A DNA stretch of 64,000 nucleotides from Eledone cirrhosa (lineage: Eukaryota), in the NCBI GenBank assembly GCA_964016885.1, contig OZ024744.1, positions 37,262,001 to 37,326,000 of the forward strand. The letters run 5' to 3'. This document shows, piece after piece, positions 12,701-24,436 of this stretch (position 1 is the stretch's first letter; every line of letters begins with the position of its first letter). Under the pieces are notes generated by a model. It was not told the origin of the DNA, ran no database searches, and was given only the letters and a program-made list of their open reading frames with translations. Made by a program: the position numbers and the translations under genes.

Positions 12701-13353
12701 TGTGGAGAGAGAGAGGAGATTGTGGCTCACATTGTATCTGAGTGTAAATACCTAGCCCAGATTCACTATAAAGGCTGGAGACATGATGTGATGGGCAGGG
12801 TGATCCACTGGCACCTATGCAAAGTAAACAATTTACCACATTCTGAGAAGTGGTGTGAGAATAAGCCAGAGGCGGTGATAGAAAACGATCAGGTGAAGGT
12901 GCTGTGGGATTTTAGGATACAGACGGACAAGAAACTGGAACACAATAGACCTGACCTGGTGGTTTTGGACAAAGAAAATAGATCGTGCCTGATTGCGGAT
13001 GTGGCCTGCCCATTCGACACGAGAGTGCAAGAGAAGAAGAGGGAGAACATTAACCGATACCAGGACTTAGAGTGGGAGGTAAAAAGGATTTGGAAATGCC
13101 ATGATGTCAAAGTGATCCCGATTGTCATAGGCGCACTAGGGACTATCTCAAAAAGTTTCCAGGGATGGTTAAAGAAAATTGGCCCCTTCACGCTTTTTGG
13201 AACGCTTCAAAAGGCATGCTTGCTGGGAACAGCAAGAACCCTCCGATACGTCCTGAATATCTGAGGCTGCAGGTAGTGGCTTGATATTCATTTCAACAAA
13301 CTTTCCAGTTAACTAACACCAATGACTGAGACTCAAAGAGTAATAACAATAAA

Positions 13354-13395
<42 letters not shown>
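9762..13395 (+). mobile_element. R4/Dong-clade RLE non-LTR retrotransposon, near full length, disrupted (R4-1)
   Basis: Single-ORF layout: N-terminal WTKELNRTVMQCY..GYRKRMHNIW..EQKLAGQARVI, RT, CCHC, RHD, PD..D endonuclease; short 3' UTR; (AAT)n tail 13341-13395. Confidence 0.92.
9867..13264 (+). pseudogene. R4-1 RT + restriction-like endonuclease ORF, frameshifted
   Basis: KSPGPDG, YRPITCL, EEQKGC, DYKKAFD, GIFQGDSLSP, LFMDDLKLF, RHD, NRPDLVV..IADVACP, IPIVIGALG across at least 6 ORF pieces. Confidence 0.92.
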
Positions 13396-13397
<2 letters not shown>

Positions 13398-13644
13398 TTT
13401 CTTTATTAACCACAAGGGTTTACATAAAGTAGACATTAAGGACAGTGCAGGACAATGCAGGACGGTACAAATGGGCATTTCTGCGTGTAAAAAACAAAAA
13501 CAGAGGATGTAACAAAAATAACAATGAAAAATTCCCCAATAGGGGGGAGACTTCGGAGGGACATTTGTGGAGAAAGCCCAGTAAAAAGCCACAATGACCC
13601 TGACCACCAGGGCAAGTGCCCTCTCCCAGTTTTCCACCTTTAAT

Positions 13645-16600
13645 TTACAGATATATGCTCAGAGTAGGCCCATTCACTCGGGCCATTCTTGCTTCTCTCA
13701 CCCATCTTTCAACAAAATGCTGGGAAGAGAGCACTTCCCTCTCTACTCTGATTTTCCTTTTCAAATGAAATTTGAAAAAGTCAATCAGAGCATCACCGAA
13801 GAGGTAAGTGCTCGTCTTCAGCCCTTTCAAACGTGTCCACCATACTATCTCCTTCGCCATGACCAGCAGACAGATAAAAACTGCCTGCCCTTCCCGGCTA
13901 AAGGAGGAGGGCGGGGCAATCCTCACGATGGACTCAGATGATAGCCGGATCCGTCCTACACGCGACAGCAGGTGTTCGACATAAACCCACAAGTCAGCAA
14001 TTTTCGAACACTGGACGAGTGCGTGCAGGACGGTTTCGTCGCCCTGCGCGCATCTCGGAGATGCCCGGCTGACGGCACCTCCATGCCTGTAGAGTTTATC
14101 CCGAACTGGCAAGGCTCCTCGGTAGCACTGCCAGGCCAGAGATTTCTGGAAGTTGCCCATAGGCCCTGGCCCGAAAGTTCTTCCGAAGAGATTGGCTAGT
14201 TGATTTTCGTCGACGCCTAGAGTTTCCACAAGAACGTCGTCGCTCTTCCCCTCCACTAATCCTCTATAGAACGCCGAGGTGGAGTTTCCACCGATCACAT
14301 TGCCCGATTGGTCGAGGGCTGTGAGCGCCTGAAGACATTCCAGTCTTCAGGCGCTCCCTCTCGGTCTTCGCTTGACCCAGGACTGCAGCACCGTCAAGGA
14401 AACGAGCTGGGGAAATACATGTCTAGCCAACGGCGACCACACATGATCACCGTCGAGGAAGAGGTGGAGATGTCGTAGCCTGAGCGCGTGCCTGCGCAAC
14501 ATCAGCCACGGCATGCCCTGCCCTCCACGTAGCGGGTGTTGACAACAGATGGACCGCCTGACCATCGGAGCGCGTCCCTTCCACAAAAAGCGAAAGAGCA
14601 AACGCTCCAGCGCAGTCAGGCGAGGCTTAGGACAAGGTACGACGGTTAGGCGGTAGCAGATAACAGACGCGATGTACGCGTTAGCTGTTCCGCTCGACCT
14701 TTCAGGGATAGCTTCCTCTCCACCCATTTCTGGGTGAGAGAAGCCACCCTGCTCGTCACCTCTTCCCAGTTTTTGTCTGTCTGGAGGTCCGGACCGAAAC
14801 AGACCACTAGCAATTTAACCGTTCCGTCCGTTCAGCGTCCGACGACGCTGTTGGACGGCATGAACCTGCCTCTCCAAGTGCCGAGCTGCAGGCCCACTGA
14901 CTTTTCCTGGTTGATCATTGCTCCTGTCACCGCTTCGTATTCTCTTAGTGTAGTGCCGATCGCCTCGATGTGTTTGGCGTTCGACACCACTACGGTGACA
15001 TCGTCCGCATATGCTGACACGGATCTTCCGCATCCTAGTTCGCGCGGGACCCCCCTCAACGTCTCCAGTTTGTGCAGTAATGGCTCGAGAGTCAATACGT
15101 AAAAGAAGGACGAGAGGGGACATCCTTGGCGGACCGAGCGCATGATGTTGAACGGTTCCGACAGGTGACCGTCACTCTCACCACAGAGCAGATGTCGCTG
15201 TGCATGGCAGCGATCCAGCCTCTGAAGATAGGCCCAAAGACAGCCGCCCTCAAGACTGCCGCTAGGTAACGATGGTCGACCCTATCAAAAGCTTTCGACT
15301 GATCTAAATTGATCAAGGACCCACCCGTGCCAAGTTCCCTAGCTACCCTCTCTACGATGTATCGCATGAGGTGGAGGTTGTCGTGGATGGATCTGTCGGG
15401 AATGCCGCATGTCTGCGCCTCTCCCACCAGACCACCAACGACAAGCGCCAACCTCTTTGCTAGCACCTTGGCCAAAATCTTAAACTCTGTGTTTAGCAGA
15501 GTTATGTCCCGGAAATTATCTATGTTATCCCCCTTGTTCGGATCCTTTCTCAGCAGTGCCACCGCTCCTCGGCTCACAGAACTGGGAATTCTCCCGTTCT
15601 GTTGCCAGTAGCAGTAGACGTCCGCCAAGAGGCCTCCGAACAAGTCTGGCATATGTACGTAAAGTTCAGAGGGCAGACCATCCAAACCAGGCGATTTACC
15701 CCTTGTGCAGCCAGTCATTGCCTCCCTTACTTCAGCGGCTGTTATCGGCTTTTCGCAACACCTCGCCTCAGTGGCCGAGAGCTGCGGCAGTCCGTCGAGG
15801 TAGACACTAAAGTCCATCCCTCGACCCGGCCCACCATTGTCCCCGAACAGCTGAGCGAAGTTTCGCTGAAAAGCTTCACACATTTGACCTGGATCGAGTA
15901 GCATGCGCCCGTCGTGGTCCACCAAAGACCGGATCGTGGCTTTGTTGCCACGACGCGCCTCCGCCACTCGGGCCCATTGAACGGCTTTCGTCCCCTCGTG
16001 TCTGAGAGCACGCACCCTTGCTCTGACAACGCAGCCTTCGTGCTTTGCATTGAAGAATTGGTCAAGGGCCAATTTCGCCACAAGCACGTCGGTCGCAATG
16101 CCTTTGCTAAGCGCCTCGTCTAATTTTCTAACTAGTTCTCCATCTGCTCTATTTTTCTCTATTACTAAAGCCTTACTAAACCTAATCGATTCTATTCTAA
16201 TCGCTCTTTTCAGAGCAAACCACCACTTGTTGTTGACGATGGCCCCCGTCAACGCCCGCTTAACTAGTTCGATAATCCGGTCTCTGTTGGCCTTGCGCGC
16301 TGGTAACGACGCGTTTAGCTTCCAGTAGCCGGGCCCTCGTCTATGAAGCCTATCTAAGTCAAGCACACAGATTACGAATTTGTGGTCCGTGTAGCTGACT
16401 ATCTTGAATTGTGGACAGCCTATGCTAGACTTATCTATTTCCCTACAAAATACTCTATCTAGATATGATCTGGATGACCCTATGCGATTTGTCCAAGTCC
16501 ACATTGGCACATTCGGGAAATCCAATCGGTACCTGTTAGACAGTTCAAAACGCCTGAGCAGGTTGGTGAGGCTCTTGCACCCTCCACCCCTATCCGCTAA

Positions 16601-17062
16601 TCCCACACAGTCCCAGCGTGCATCTAAGATCCCGTTCCAGTTCCCCACTAACACTAAAGAGCGGGATGTTCCAAGAAAGGTCTCCAGACGCCGGAAGAAA
16701 TCAGGCCGCCCTGCTCCTGACGGGGCATAGACGGCCACTAGCCTGAAAGCTTGCCCGTCTCCGCTGGTCACGTCCAGCACCACCAACTTACCCTCTGGGT
16801 CCAGGAAGATGGCCCGTATGGCGAGATCCAAACCTCTCCAAAAAAGCACAGCAACTCCTCCCCCCGATCCAGGACGGCTGGGAGATGCGTATACATCGTA
16901 GTCGCCGAAGATCGGTGCGAAGGCCCGTGCTTCGGAGATTCTGGTCTCACTGATGGCCACTACATCTATGTTTAGTGACCTGAGGTCGTTGAGCAGGTGA
17001 CCCTGCTTCCATGACGACCCGAAGCCACGCGCATTTATGCTGCCTATTCTGAGTGAGGTCAT
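13645..17062 (-). pseudogene. Copy A ORF2 (APE-RT-CCHC), disrupted
   Basis: Aligns with intact ORF2 of copy B; frameshifts near 15170 and 14685, TGG>TGA at 14347, substitutions GDWN>GNWN and FRPI>FRDI. Confidence 0.92.
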
Positions 17063-17791
17063 GTTTAAAATAGAGTGGAAAAGATGGGAAAACCACTTAC
17101 CGTACTTTTCGTAGAGGAGGGATGGTTTTTCCATCCCTTTTCGCTTGGTCGTCTGGTGAAGGGACCGTTGAATCGTCCCTTCGGCTTGTCGTCGGCTCTT
17201 CTATGAGTATGGCCAAATATACTCTTCGGTTGATAGTTCCTCCTAGGTCTCTGAAATCACCAACTGCGTTGGGGAATTTCGTTTTAATGTTTGTGTATTG
17301 TTTCTGTGCTATTTTTAGCAGTCTTATGTTAGTTGGCGTATTGATTGGTGCTGGTATTATGTAGTCGTGTTGTGAAATGTCTGTATGTAAGTCATTAGTT
17401 TCTTGTGTGTATTTATTGCCGTGCATTTATTTTTCTGGGGGTGGGTGTGGTTCTGCTATTTTCTTGTCCTTGTTGCTGGGTGTGTGTGTTTTGTTGTTGT
17501 GTTTGCGATGTTGGTGCTTGTGGTGGTGGTGTTGAAGGTGTTGTTGGCGGTGGGGTTGTCGCCGGTGGTGATGGTGGTGCTAGTGTGGGTGGTGATGGTG
17601 TTGGTGGTGTTGCTGCTGTGAGTCTCTTTGCAGTAGACTTTACCCTTTTTTCATTTCTTTCCTCCCTTTTCAAAGGCGACGATGCGCTGCTTCTGCGTTT
17701 GTGCCTTCTTACGACCTTTTGCCATCCCTCTCCCACCTCACACTCCATGTCTGATTCTGTGAGGTCGGGGAGGGGTACCAGCTCCACTCTT

Positions 17792-18379
17792 TCACTTGGC
17801 GCTTCTTGTCACCATGGCCCTTGCGACTTCCATCTCCTCCTCTGTGACTAACACTGTCTCGATATTTCGGGCGACACCGGCAAAAGAAGTGGTCCCTTTT
17901 TCAGCAGCACCACTATTGCTGCCGCTAATGGTCTTACTGGTGGTGCTGAGGTCGCTATTACATGTATCGATGTCATTGTTGATGTTTTCGTTGGTACAGT
18001 TGTTGGTGTTGTTGTTGTTTTCGTTGATACTGTTGCTGTTGTTACTGTTATTGTGGCTGTTGTTATTATTGTTGTTTTTGTTGATACTATTCCTACTATT
18101 ATTGTTGTTGTGGCTGTTGTTATTGTCATTGTTATTGTCGTTCTCGACCTTACCGCTGTTATTTTTGTTGTTGCTGGAGTTGTTGTTGGTGTTGTTGTTG
18201 GTGTTGTTTGTGTTAGAAATATTTGTTAATTTTAAATCTGTAACAATCTCCTTCTCCTTTTCCTTTCTAATATTTTCGTTTATATTTACCTCCGCCGGAA
18301 CGCTCTCTTGTTGACATCATAAAATCACCCTCTCTCTGTGTTGTCTGACAGCGCTCTCTCTGTTTCTTGTGTTATCCAT
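17792..18379 (-). pseudogene. Paralogous ORF1 N-terminus of copy A
   Basis: caacATGG start, in-frame TGA at codon 21, Asn-rich tract, then SFAGVARNIETVLVTEEEMEVARAMVTRS homologous to SFAGIAKNLETILITNEELEEAKKMVTKN of copy B. Confidence 0.75.
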
Positions 18380-18589
18380 GTTGAAATTTTTTTTTTTCTC
18401 AAAAAATAATTTTACACAAATAAAAGGGTGGCGTATTATTTACGAGTGAACCCCTGTATTAGGTGGGTCAATACTTCTAAACTTTTATCAAATTTAAAAC
18501 TTGAATAAAAGGTTTAGAACGGTTGAAAATGAGGTAAAACGTTGAAAAAAAACTGAGGCGATAAGAAGCGTGGCTTCACCAACAATAAA

Positions 18590-18624
<35 letters not shown>

Positions 18625-18884
18625 TTTCTTTATTAACCACAAGGGTTTACATAAAGTAGACATTAAGGACAGTGCAGGACAATGCAGGACGGTACAAATG
18701 GGCATTTCTGCGTGTAAAAAAACAAAAACAGAGGATGTAACAAAAATAACAATGAAAATAACAATGAAAAATTCCCCAATAGGGGGGAGACTTCGGAGGG
18801 ACATTTGTGGAGAAAGCCCAGTAAAAAGCCACAATGACCCTGACCACCAAGGCAAGTGCCCTCTCCCAGTTTTCCACCTTTAGT

Positions 18885-21800
18885 TTACAGATATATACTC
18901 AGAGTCGGCCCATTCACTCGGGCCATTCTTGCTTCTCTCACCCATCTTTCAACAAAATGCTGGGAAGAGAGCACTTCCCTCTCTACTCTGATTTTCCTTT
19001 TCAAATGAAATTTGAAAAAGTCAATCAGAGCATCACCGAAGAGGTAAGTGCTCGTCTTCAGCCCTTTCAAACGTGTCCACCATACTATCTCTTTCGCCAT
19101 GGCCACCAGACAGATAAAAACTGCCTGCCCTTCCCGGCTAAAGGAGGAGGGCGGGGCAATCCTCACGATGGACTCAGATGATAGCTGGATCCGTCCTAAA
19201 CGCGACAGCAGGTGTTCGACATAAACCCACAAGTCAGCAATTTTCGGACACTGGACGAGTGCGTGCAGGACGGTTTCGTCGCCCTGCGCGCATCTCGGAC
19301 ATGCCCGGCTGACGGCACCTCCATGCCTGTAGAGTTTATCCCGAACTGGCAAGGCTCCTCGGTAGCACTGCCAGGCCAGAGATTTCTGGAAGTTGTCCAT
19401 AGGCCCTGGCCCGAAAGTTCTTCCGAAGAGATTGGCTAGTTGATTTTCGTCGACGCCTAGAGTTTCCCCAAGTACGTCGTCGCTCTTCCCCTCCACTAAT
19501 CCTCTATAGAACGCCGAGGTGGAGTTTCCACCGATCACATTGCCCGATTGGTCGAGGGCTGTGAGCGCCTGAAGACATTCCAGTCTCCAGGCGCTCCCTC
19601 TCGGTCTTCGCTTGACCCAGGACTGCAGCTCCGTCAAGGAAACGAGCTGGGGAAAAACGCGTCTAGCAAACGGCGACCACACCTGATCACCGTCGAGGAA
19701 GAGGTGGAGATGTCGTAGCCTGAGCGCGTGCCTGCGCATCATCAGCCACGGCATGCCCAGCCCTCCACGTAGCGGGTGTTGACAACAGATGGACCGCCTG
19801 ACCATCGGAGCACGTCCCTTCCACAAAAAGCGAAAGAGCAAACGCTCCAGCGCAGTCAGGCGAGGCTTAGGACAAGGTACGACGGTTAGGCGGTAGCAGA
19901 TGACAGACGCGATGTACGCGTTAGCCACCTCCGCTCGACCTTTCAGGGATAGCTTCCTCTCCGCCCATTTCTGGGTGAGAGAAGCCACCCTGCTCGTCAC
20001 CTCGTCCCAGTTTTTGTCCGTCTGGAGGTCCGGACCGAACCAGACCCCTAGCAATTTAACCGGTCCGTCCGTCCAGCGCCCGACGACGCTGTTGGACGGC
20101 ATGGACCTGCCTCTCCAGGTGCCGAGCTGCAGGCCCACTGACTTTTCCTGGTTGATCATTGCTCCTGTCACCGCTTCGTATTCTCTTAGTGTAGTGCCGA
20201 TCGCCTCGATGTGTTTGGCGTTCGACACCACTACGGTGACATCGTCCGCATATGCTGACACGGATCTTCCGCATCCTAGTTCGCGCGGGACTCCCCTCAA
20301 CGTCTCCAGTTTGTGCAGTAATGGCTCGAGAGTCAATACGTACAAGAGGGACGAGAGGGGACATCCTTGGCGGACCGAGCGCATGATGTTGAACGGTTCC
20401 GACAGGTGACCGTTCACTCTCACCACAGAGCAGATGTCGCTGTGCATGGCAGCGATCCAGCCTCTGAAGACGGGCCCAAAGCCAGCCGCCCTCAGGACTG
20501 CCGCTAGGTAACGATGGTCGACCCTATCGAAAGCTTTCGACTGATCTAAATTGATCAAGGACCCACCCGTGCCAGGTTCCCTAGCTACCCTCTCTACGAT
20601 GTATCGCATGAGGTGGAGGTTGTCGTGGATGGATCTGTCGGGAATGGCGCATGTCTGCGCCTCTCCCACCAGACCACCAACGACAAGCGCCAACCTCTTT
20701 GCTAGCACCTTGGCCAAAATCTTAAACTCTGTGTTTAGCAGAGTTATGGGCCGGAAATTGTCTATGTTATCCCCCTTGTTCGGATCCTTTCTCAGCAGTG
20801 CCACCGCTCCTCGGCTCACAGAACTGGGAATTCTCCCGTTCTGTTGCCAGTTGCAGTAGACGTCCGTCAAGAGGCCTCCGAACAAGTCTGGCATCTGTAC
20901 GTAAAGTTCATAGGGCAGACCATCCAAACCAGGCGATTTACCCCTTGTGCAGCCAGTCATTGCCTCCCTTACTTCAGCGGCTGTTATCGGCTTTTCGCAA
21001 CACTTCGCCTCAGTGGCCGAGAGCCGCGGCAGTCCGTCGAGGTAGACACTAAAGTCCATCCCTCTACCCGGCCCCCCGCTGCCCCCGAACAGCTGAGCGA
21101 AGTGTCGCTGAAAAGCTTCACACATTTGCCCGGGATCGAGTAGCATGCGCCCGTCGTGGTCCACCAAAGACCGGATCGTGGCTTTGTTGCCACGACGCGC
21201 CTCCGCCACTCGGGCCCATTGAACGGCTTTCGTCCCCTCGTGTCTGAGAGCACGCACCCTAGCTCTGACAACGCAGCCTTCGTGCTTTGCATTGAAGAAT
21301 TGGTCAAGGGCCAATTTCGCCGCAAGCACGTCGGTCGCAATGCCTTTGCTAAGCGCCTCGTCTAATTTTCTAACTAGTTCTCCCTCTGCTCTATTTTTCT
21401 CTATTGCTAAAGCCTTACTAAACCTAATCGATTCTATTCTAATCGCTCTTTTCAGAGCAAACCACCACTTGTTGTTGACGATGGCCCCCGTCAACGCCCG
21501 CTTAACTAGTTCGCTAATCCGGTCTCTGTAGGCCTTGCGCGCTGGTAAGGACGCGTTTAGCTTCCAGTAGCCGGGTCCTCGTCTATGAAGCCTATCTAAG
21601 TCAAGCACACAGATCACGAATTTGTGGTCCGTGTAGCTGACTATCTTGAATTGTGGACAGCCTATGCTAGACCTATCTATTTCCCTACAAAATACTCTAT
21701 CTAGATATGATCTGGATGACCCTATGCGGTTTGTCCAAGTCCACATTGGCACATTCGGGAAATCCAATCGGTACCTGTCAGACAGTTCAAAACGCCTGAG

Positions 21801-22304
21801 CAGGTTGGTGAGGCTCTTGCACCCTCCACCCCTATCCGCTAATCCCACACAGTCCCAGCGTGCATCTAAGATCCCGTTCCAGTCGCCCACTAACACTAAA
21901 GAGCGCGACGTTCCAAGAAAGGTCTCCAGACGCCGGAAGAAATCAGGCCGCCCTGCTCCTGTCGGGGCATAGACGGCCACTAGCCTGAAAGCTTGCCCGT
22001 CTCCGCTGGTCACGTCCAGCACCACCAGCTTACCCTCTGGGTCCAGGAAGATGGCCCGTATGGCGAGATCCAAACCTCTCCGAAAAAGCACAGCAACTCC
22101 TCCACCCGATCCAGGACGGCTGGGAGATGCGTACACATCGTAGCCGCCGAAGATCGGTGCGAAGGCCCGTGCTTCGGAGATTCTGGTCTCGCTGATGGCC
22201 ACTACATCTATGTTTAGTGACCTGAGGTCGTTGAGCAGGTGACCCTGCTTCCATGACGACCCCAAGCCACGCGCATTTATGCTGCCTATTCTGAGTGAGG
22301 TCAT
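18885..22304 (-). CDS. ORF2: APE endonuclease + reverse transcriptase + CCHC finger (1139 aa)
   Basis: INARGL, ISET, VAVYAP, VGDWN, SYLDR, TDHK; KSPGLDGLP, FRPITLLN, LDQSKAFDRVDH, VRQGCPLS, YADDV; CPRC..HALVQC. Confidence 0.96.
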   Translation of the reverse strand: MTSLRIGSINARGLGSSWKQGHLLNDLRSLNIDVVAISETRISEARAFAPIFGGYDVYASPSRPGSGGGVAVLFRRGLDLAIRAIFLDPEGKLVVLDVTSGDGQAFRLVAVYAPTGAGRPDFFRRLETFLGTSRSLVLVGDWNGILDARWDCVGLADRGGGCKSLTNLLRRFELSDRYRLDFPNVPMWTWTNRIGSSRSYLDRVFCREIDRSSIGCPQFKIVSYTDHKFVICVLDLDRLHRRGPGYWKLNASLPARKAYRDRISELVKRALTGAIVNNKWWFALKRAIRIESIRFSKALAIEKNRAEGELVRKLDEALSKGIATDVLAAKLALDQFFNAKHEGCVVRARVRALRHEGTKAVQWARVAEARRGNKATIRSLVDHDGRMLLDPGQMCEAFQRHFAQLFGGSGGPGRGMDFSVYLDGLPRLSATEAKCCEKPITAAEVREAMTGCTRGKSPGLDGLPYELYVQMPDLFGGLLTDVYCNWQQNGRIPSSVSRGAVALLRKDPNKGDNIDNFRPITLLNTEFKILAKVLAKRLALVVGGLVGEAQTCAIPDRSIHDNLHLMRYIVERVAREPGTGGSLINLDQSKAFDRVDHRYLAAVLRAAGFGPVFRGWIAAMHSDICSVVRVNGHLSEPFNIMRSVRQGCPLSSLLYVLTLEPLLHKLETLRGVPRELGCGRSVSAYADDVTVVVSNAKHIEAIGTTLREYEAVTGAMINQEKSVGLQLGTWRGRSMPSNSVVGRWTDGPVKLLGVWFGPDLQTDKNWDEVTSRVASLTQKWAERKLSLKGRAEVANAYIASVICYRLTVVPCPKPRLTALERLLFRFLWKGRAPMVRRSICCQHPLRGGLGMPWLMMRRHALRLRHLHLFLDGDQVWSPFARRVFPQLVSLTELQSWVKRRPRGSAWRLECLQALTALDQSGNVIGGNSTSAFYRGLVEGKSDDVLGETLGVDENQLANLFGRTFGPGPMDNFQKSLAWQCYRGALPVRDKLYRHGGAVSRACPRCAQGDETVLHALVQCPKIADLWVYVEHLLSRLGRIQLSSESIVRIAPPSSFSREGQAVFICLVAMAKEIVWWTRLKGLKTSTYLFGDALIDFFKFHLKRKIRVEREVLSSQHFVERWVREARMARVNGPTLSIYL

Positions 22305-22339
22305 GTTTAAAATAGAGTGGAAAAGATGGGAAAGACCAC

Positions 22340-24436
22340 TTACCGTATTTTTGGTAGAGGAGGGATGGTTTTTACATCCCTTTTCACTTGATCGTCTGGT
22401 GAAGGGACCGTTGAATCGTCCCTTCGGCTGGTCGTCGGCTCTTCTAAGAGAATGTCTGAATATACTCTTCGATTAATGGTTCCTCCTAGGTCCCTGAAAT
22501 CACCAACTGCGTTGGGGAATTTCGTTTTAATGTTTGTGTATTGTTTCTGTGCTATTTTTAGCAGTCTTATGTTAGTTGGCGTTTTGATTGGTGCTGGTAT
22601 TATGTAGTCCTGTTGTGAAATGTCTGTGTGTTCAATTATGTAAGTCATTAGTTTCTTGTTGTGTGTGTTTATTGCCGTGCATTTGTTTTTCTGGGGGTGG
22701 GGTGTGGTTCTGCTATTTTCTTGTCGTTGTTGCTGGGTGTGTGTGTTTTGTTGTTGTGTTTGCGATGTTGGTGCTTGTGGTGGTGGTGTTGAAGGTGTTG
22801 TTGGCGGTGGGGTTGTCGCCGGTGGTGATGGTGGTGCTGGTGTGGGTGGTGATGGTGTTGGTGGTGTTGCTGCTGTGGGTCTCTTTGCAGTAGACTTTAC
22901 CCTTTTCTCATTTCTTTCCTCCCTTTTCAAAGGCGACGATGCGCTGCTTCTGCGTTTGTGCCTTCTTGAGACCTTTTGCCATCCCTCTCCCACCTCACAC
23001 TCCATGTCTGATTCTGTAAGGTCGGGGAGGGGTACCAGCTCCACTCTTTCACTTGTTGTTGTTGGTGATGTTTGCACTGGAGTCTCTGTTGCAGCTGCAT
23101 TTGGTATTGCTGTTGTTGTTGTTAATATTTCCACTGCTGCTGCTGTCTTTGATTTCCGTGGAGTGGGTATGGGTGCCACGGACCTATCGTTCCTGGTTGC
23201 CGCTTGTCCTGTTGCTGGTAGCCGTGGAACCGGATTCGGGAGGAGGGGGGTTTTCTCCTTTCTCAGGGTCTTCTCGTTGCAGAAGGCCCTGAGGTGAGTC
23301 TTCGATCCACAGCGAAAGCATTTCGGGCGTTTGCCCTCAACACTTATGGGCAGTTGAGTGCCGTTATCGAAGTCTATCACATCCGGGATAGCTTCGATGC
23401 ACTCCTGGTTGGTTTGGATTAGCATCTCAATGGAGGAGCCGACCCAATCTTCTCTTACTTTTTTCTGTACTTGCAGTACAGTTGTTTTGTCCTCGATTCC
23501 GACGAGGACAGACGCGGCCAGCCAAGAAGGGGTCATTCCGGGGGGGACGTGGGTCAGTTTGACCCTCACAATTTTTTGCCCGCAGTAGGAGGGCACCAAC
23601 ACCATTTCCTCGCTCCTTAGGGTCACTACTGATTGGGCCTTTGCCTCCTGGGGTGTGGCAAAAAGTACGTCTACGGTGGCGTATTTTTTGCCTCGGGTGA
23701 TGTGCGTTTTCCTCTGCCACACAGACCCCAAGGCTTTTTGTATTTGGGCCTCTGTGGCTCTTTCCACCCTACGGGATTTTGTACTTACTGTACGGTACGT
23801 GACCGTACAGTGCTCTTGGGTTTCGAAAAAATTTTTCGCTGCCTTGCAGATTGCTCGGTGTCCGTTCTTTGTCACCATCTTCTTCGCTTCCTCTAATTCC
23901 TCATTTGTTATGAGGATTGTTTCCAGGTTTTTCGCAATACCTGCAAATGAGATTGGTTTTTCTCTGCTGTTGTTGTTGTCGTCAGAGCTGCTGGTACTTT
24001 TGTTGTTGCTGCAGGTACTACGACTACTGCCTCCGCCGCTGTTGCTGTGGTTGTTGTTGGTGTTGCTGCTGCTAATGCTGTTGTTGTTTATGCTGCTGGT
24101 GATGCTGTTGCGGCTGCTACTGTTGTTTTCATTGTCACTGTTGCTGTTGTTATTACGGCTGCTACTGCTATTATTCCTGACGTCAGACGAATGAACTGGG
24201 TTTTCGTATTTCCCGCACACCTGTTTCGTCGCTGTCGTCGTCGTCGTGGAGAAACCTTGCACGCTTTGCACGAGACTTTTCTTTTCTTTCGTCGCTTGCG
24301 AAAGAGAAGGGAGGGAGAGAGACACATTTAAAGAAGGGAGGGAGAGAGACAATCTTCTCTCTGCTGTAGTGATGATTGAGGAAGAAGAAGACGGAATGAG
24401 TGGGAGTGACGTATGAAATTTCTTTTTCGTAGCCAT
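22340..24436 (-). CDS. ORF1: gag-like nucleic-acid-binding protein with CCHC knuckle (698 aa)
   Basis: Uninterrupted ORF upstream of ORF2; S/N-rich N-terminus, RRM-like middle, CFRCGSKTHLRAFC knuckle, P/T-rich C-terminus. Confidence 0.9.
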   Translation of the reverse strand: MATKKKFHTSLPLIPSSSSSIITTAERRLSLSLPSLNVSLSLPSLSQATKEKKSLVQSVQGFSTTTTTATKQVCGKYENPVHSSDVRNNSSSSRNNNSNSDNENNSSSRNSITSSINNNSISSSNTNNNHSNSGGGSSRSTCSNNKSTSSSDDNNNSREKPISFAGIAKNLETILITNEELEEAKKMVTKNGHRAICKAAKNFFETQEHCTVTYRTVSTKSRRVERATEAQIQKALGSVWQRKTHITRGKKYATVDVLFATPQEAKAQSVVTLRSEEMVLVPSYCGQKIVRVKLTHVPPGMTPSWLAASVLVGIEDKTTVLQVQKKVREDWVGSSIEMLIQTNQECIEAIPDVIDFDNGTQLPISVEGKRPKCFRCGSKTHLRAFCNEKTLRKEKTPLLPNPVPRLPATGQAATRNDRSVAPIPTPRKSKTAAAVEILTTTTAIPNAAATETPVQTSPTTTSERVELVPLPDLTESDMECEVGEGWQKVSRRHKRRSSASSPLKREERNEKRVKSTAKRPTAATPPTPSPPTPAPPSPPATTPPPTTPSTPPPQAPTSQTQQQNTHTQQQRQENSRTTPHPQKNKCTAINTHNKKLMTYIIEHTDISQQDYIIPAPIKTPTNIRLLKIAQKQYTNIKTKFPNAVGDFRDLGGTINRRVYSDILLEEPTTSRRDDSTVPSPDDQVKRDVKTIPPLPKIR

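Larger units (their letters stand above)
13396..18580 (-). mobile_element. L1/Tx1-type non-LTR retrotransposon copy A (chimeric 5' end, disrupted)
   Basis: 13396-17798 nearly identical to copy B; 17799-18580 from a diverged paralogue; flanked by duplicated AACAATAAA(AAT)n. Confidence 0.92.
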
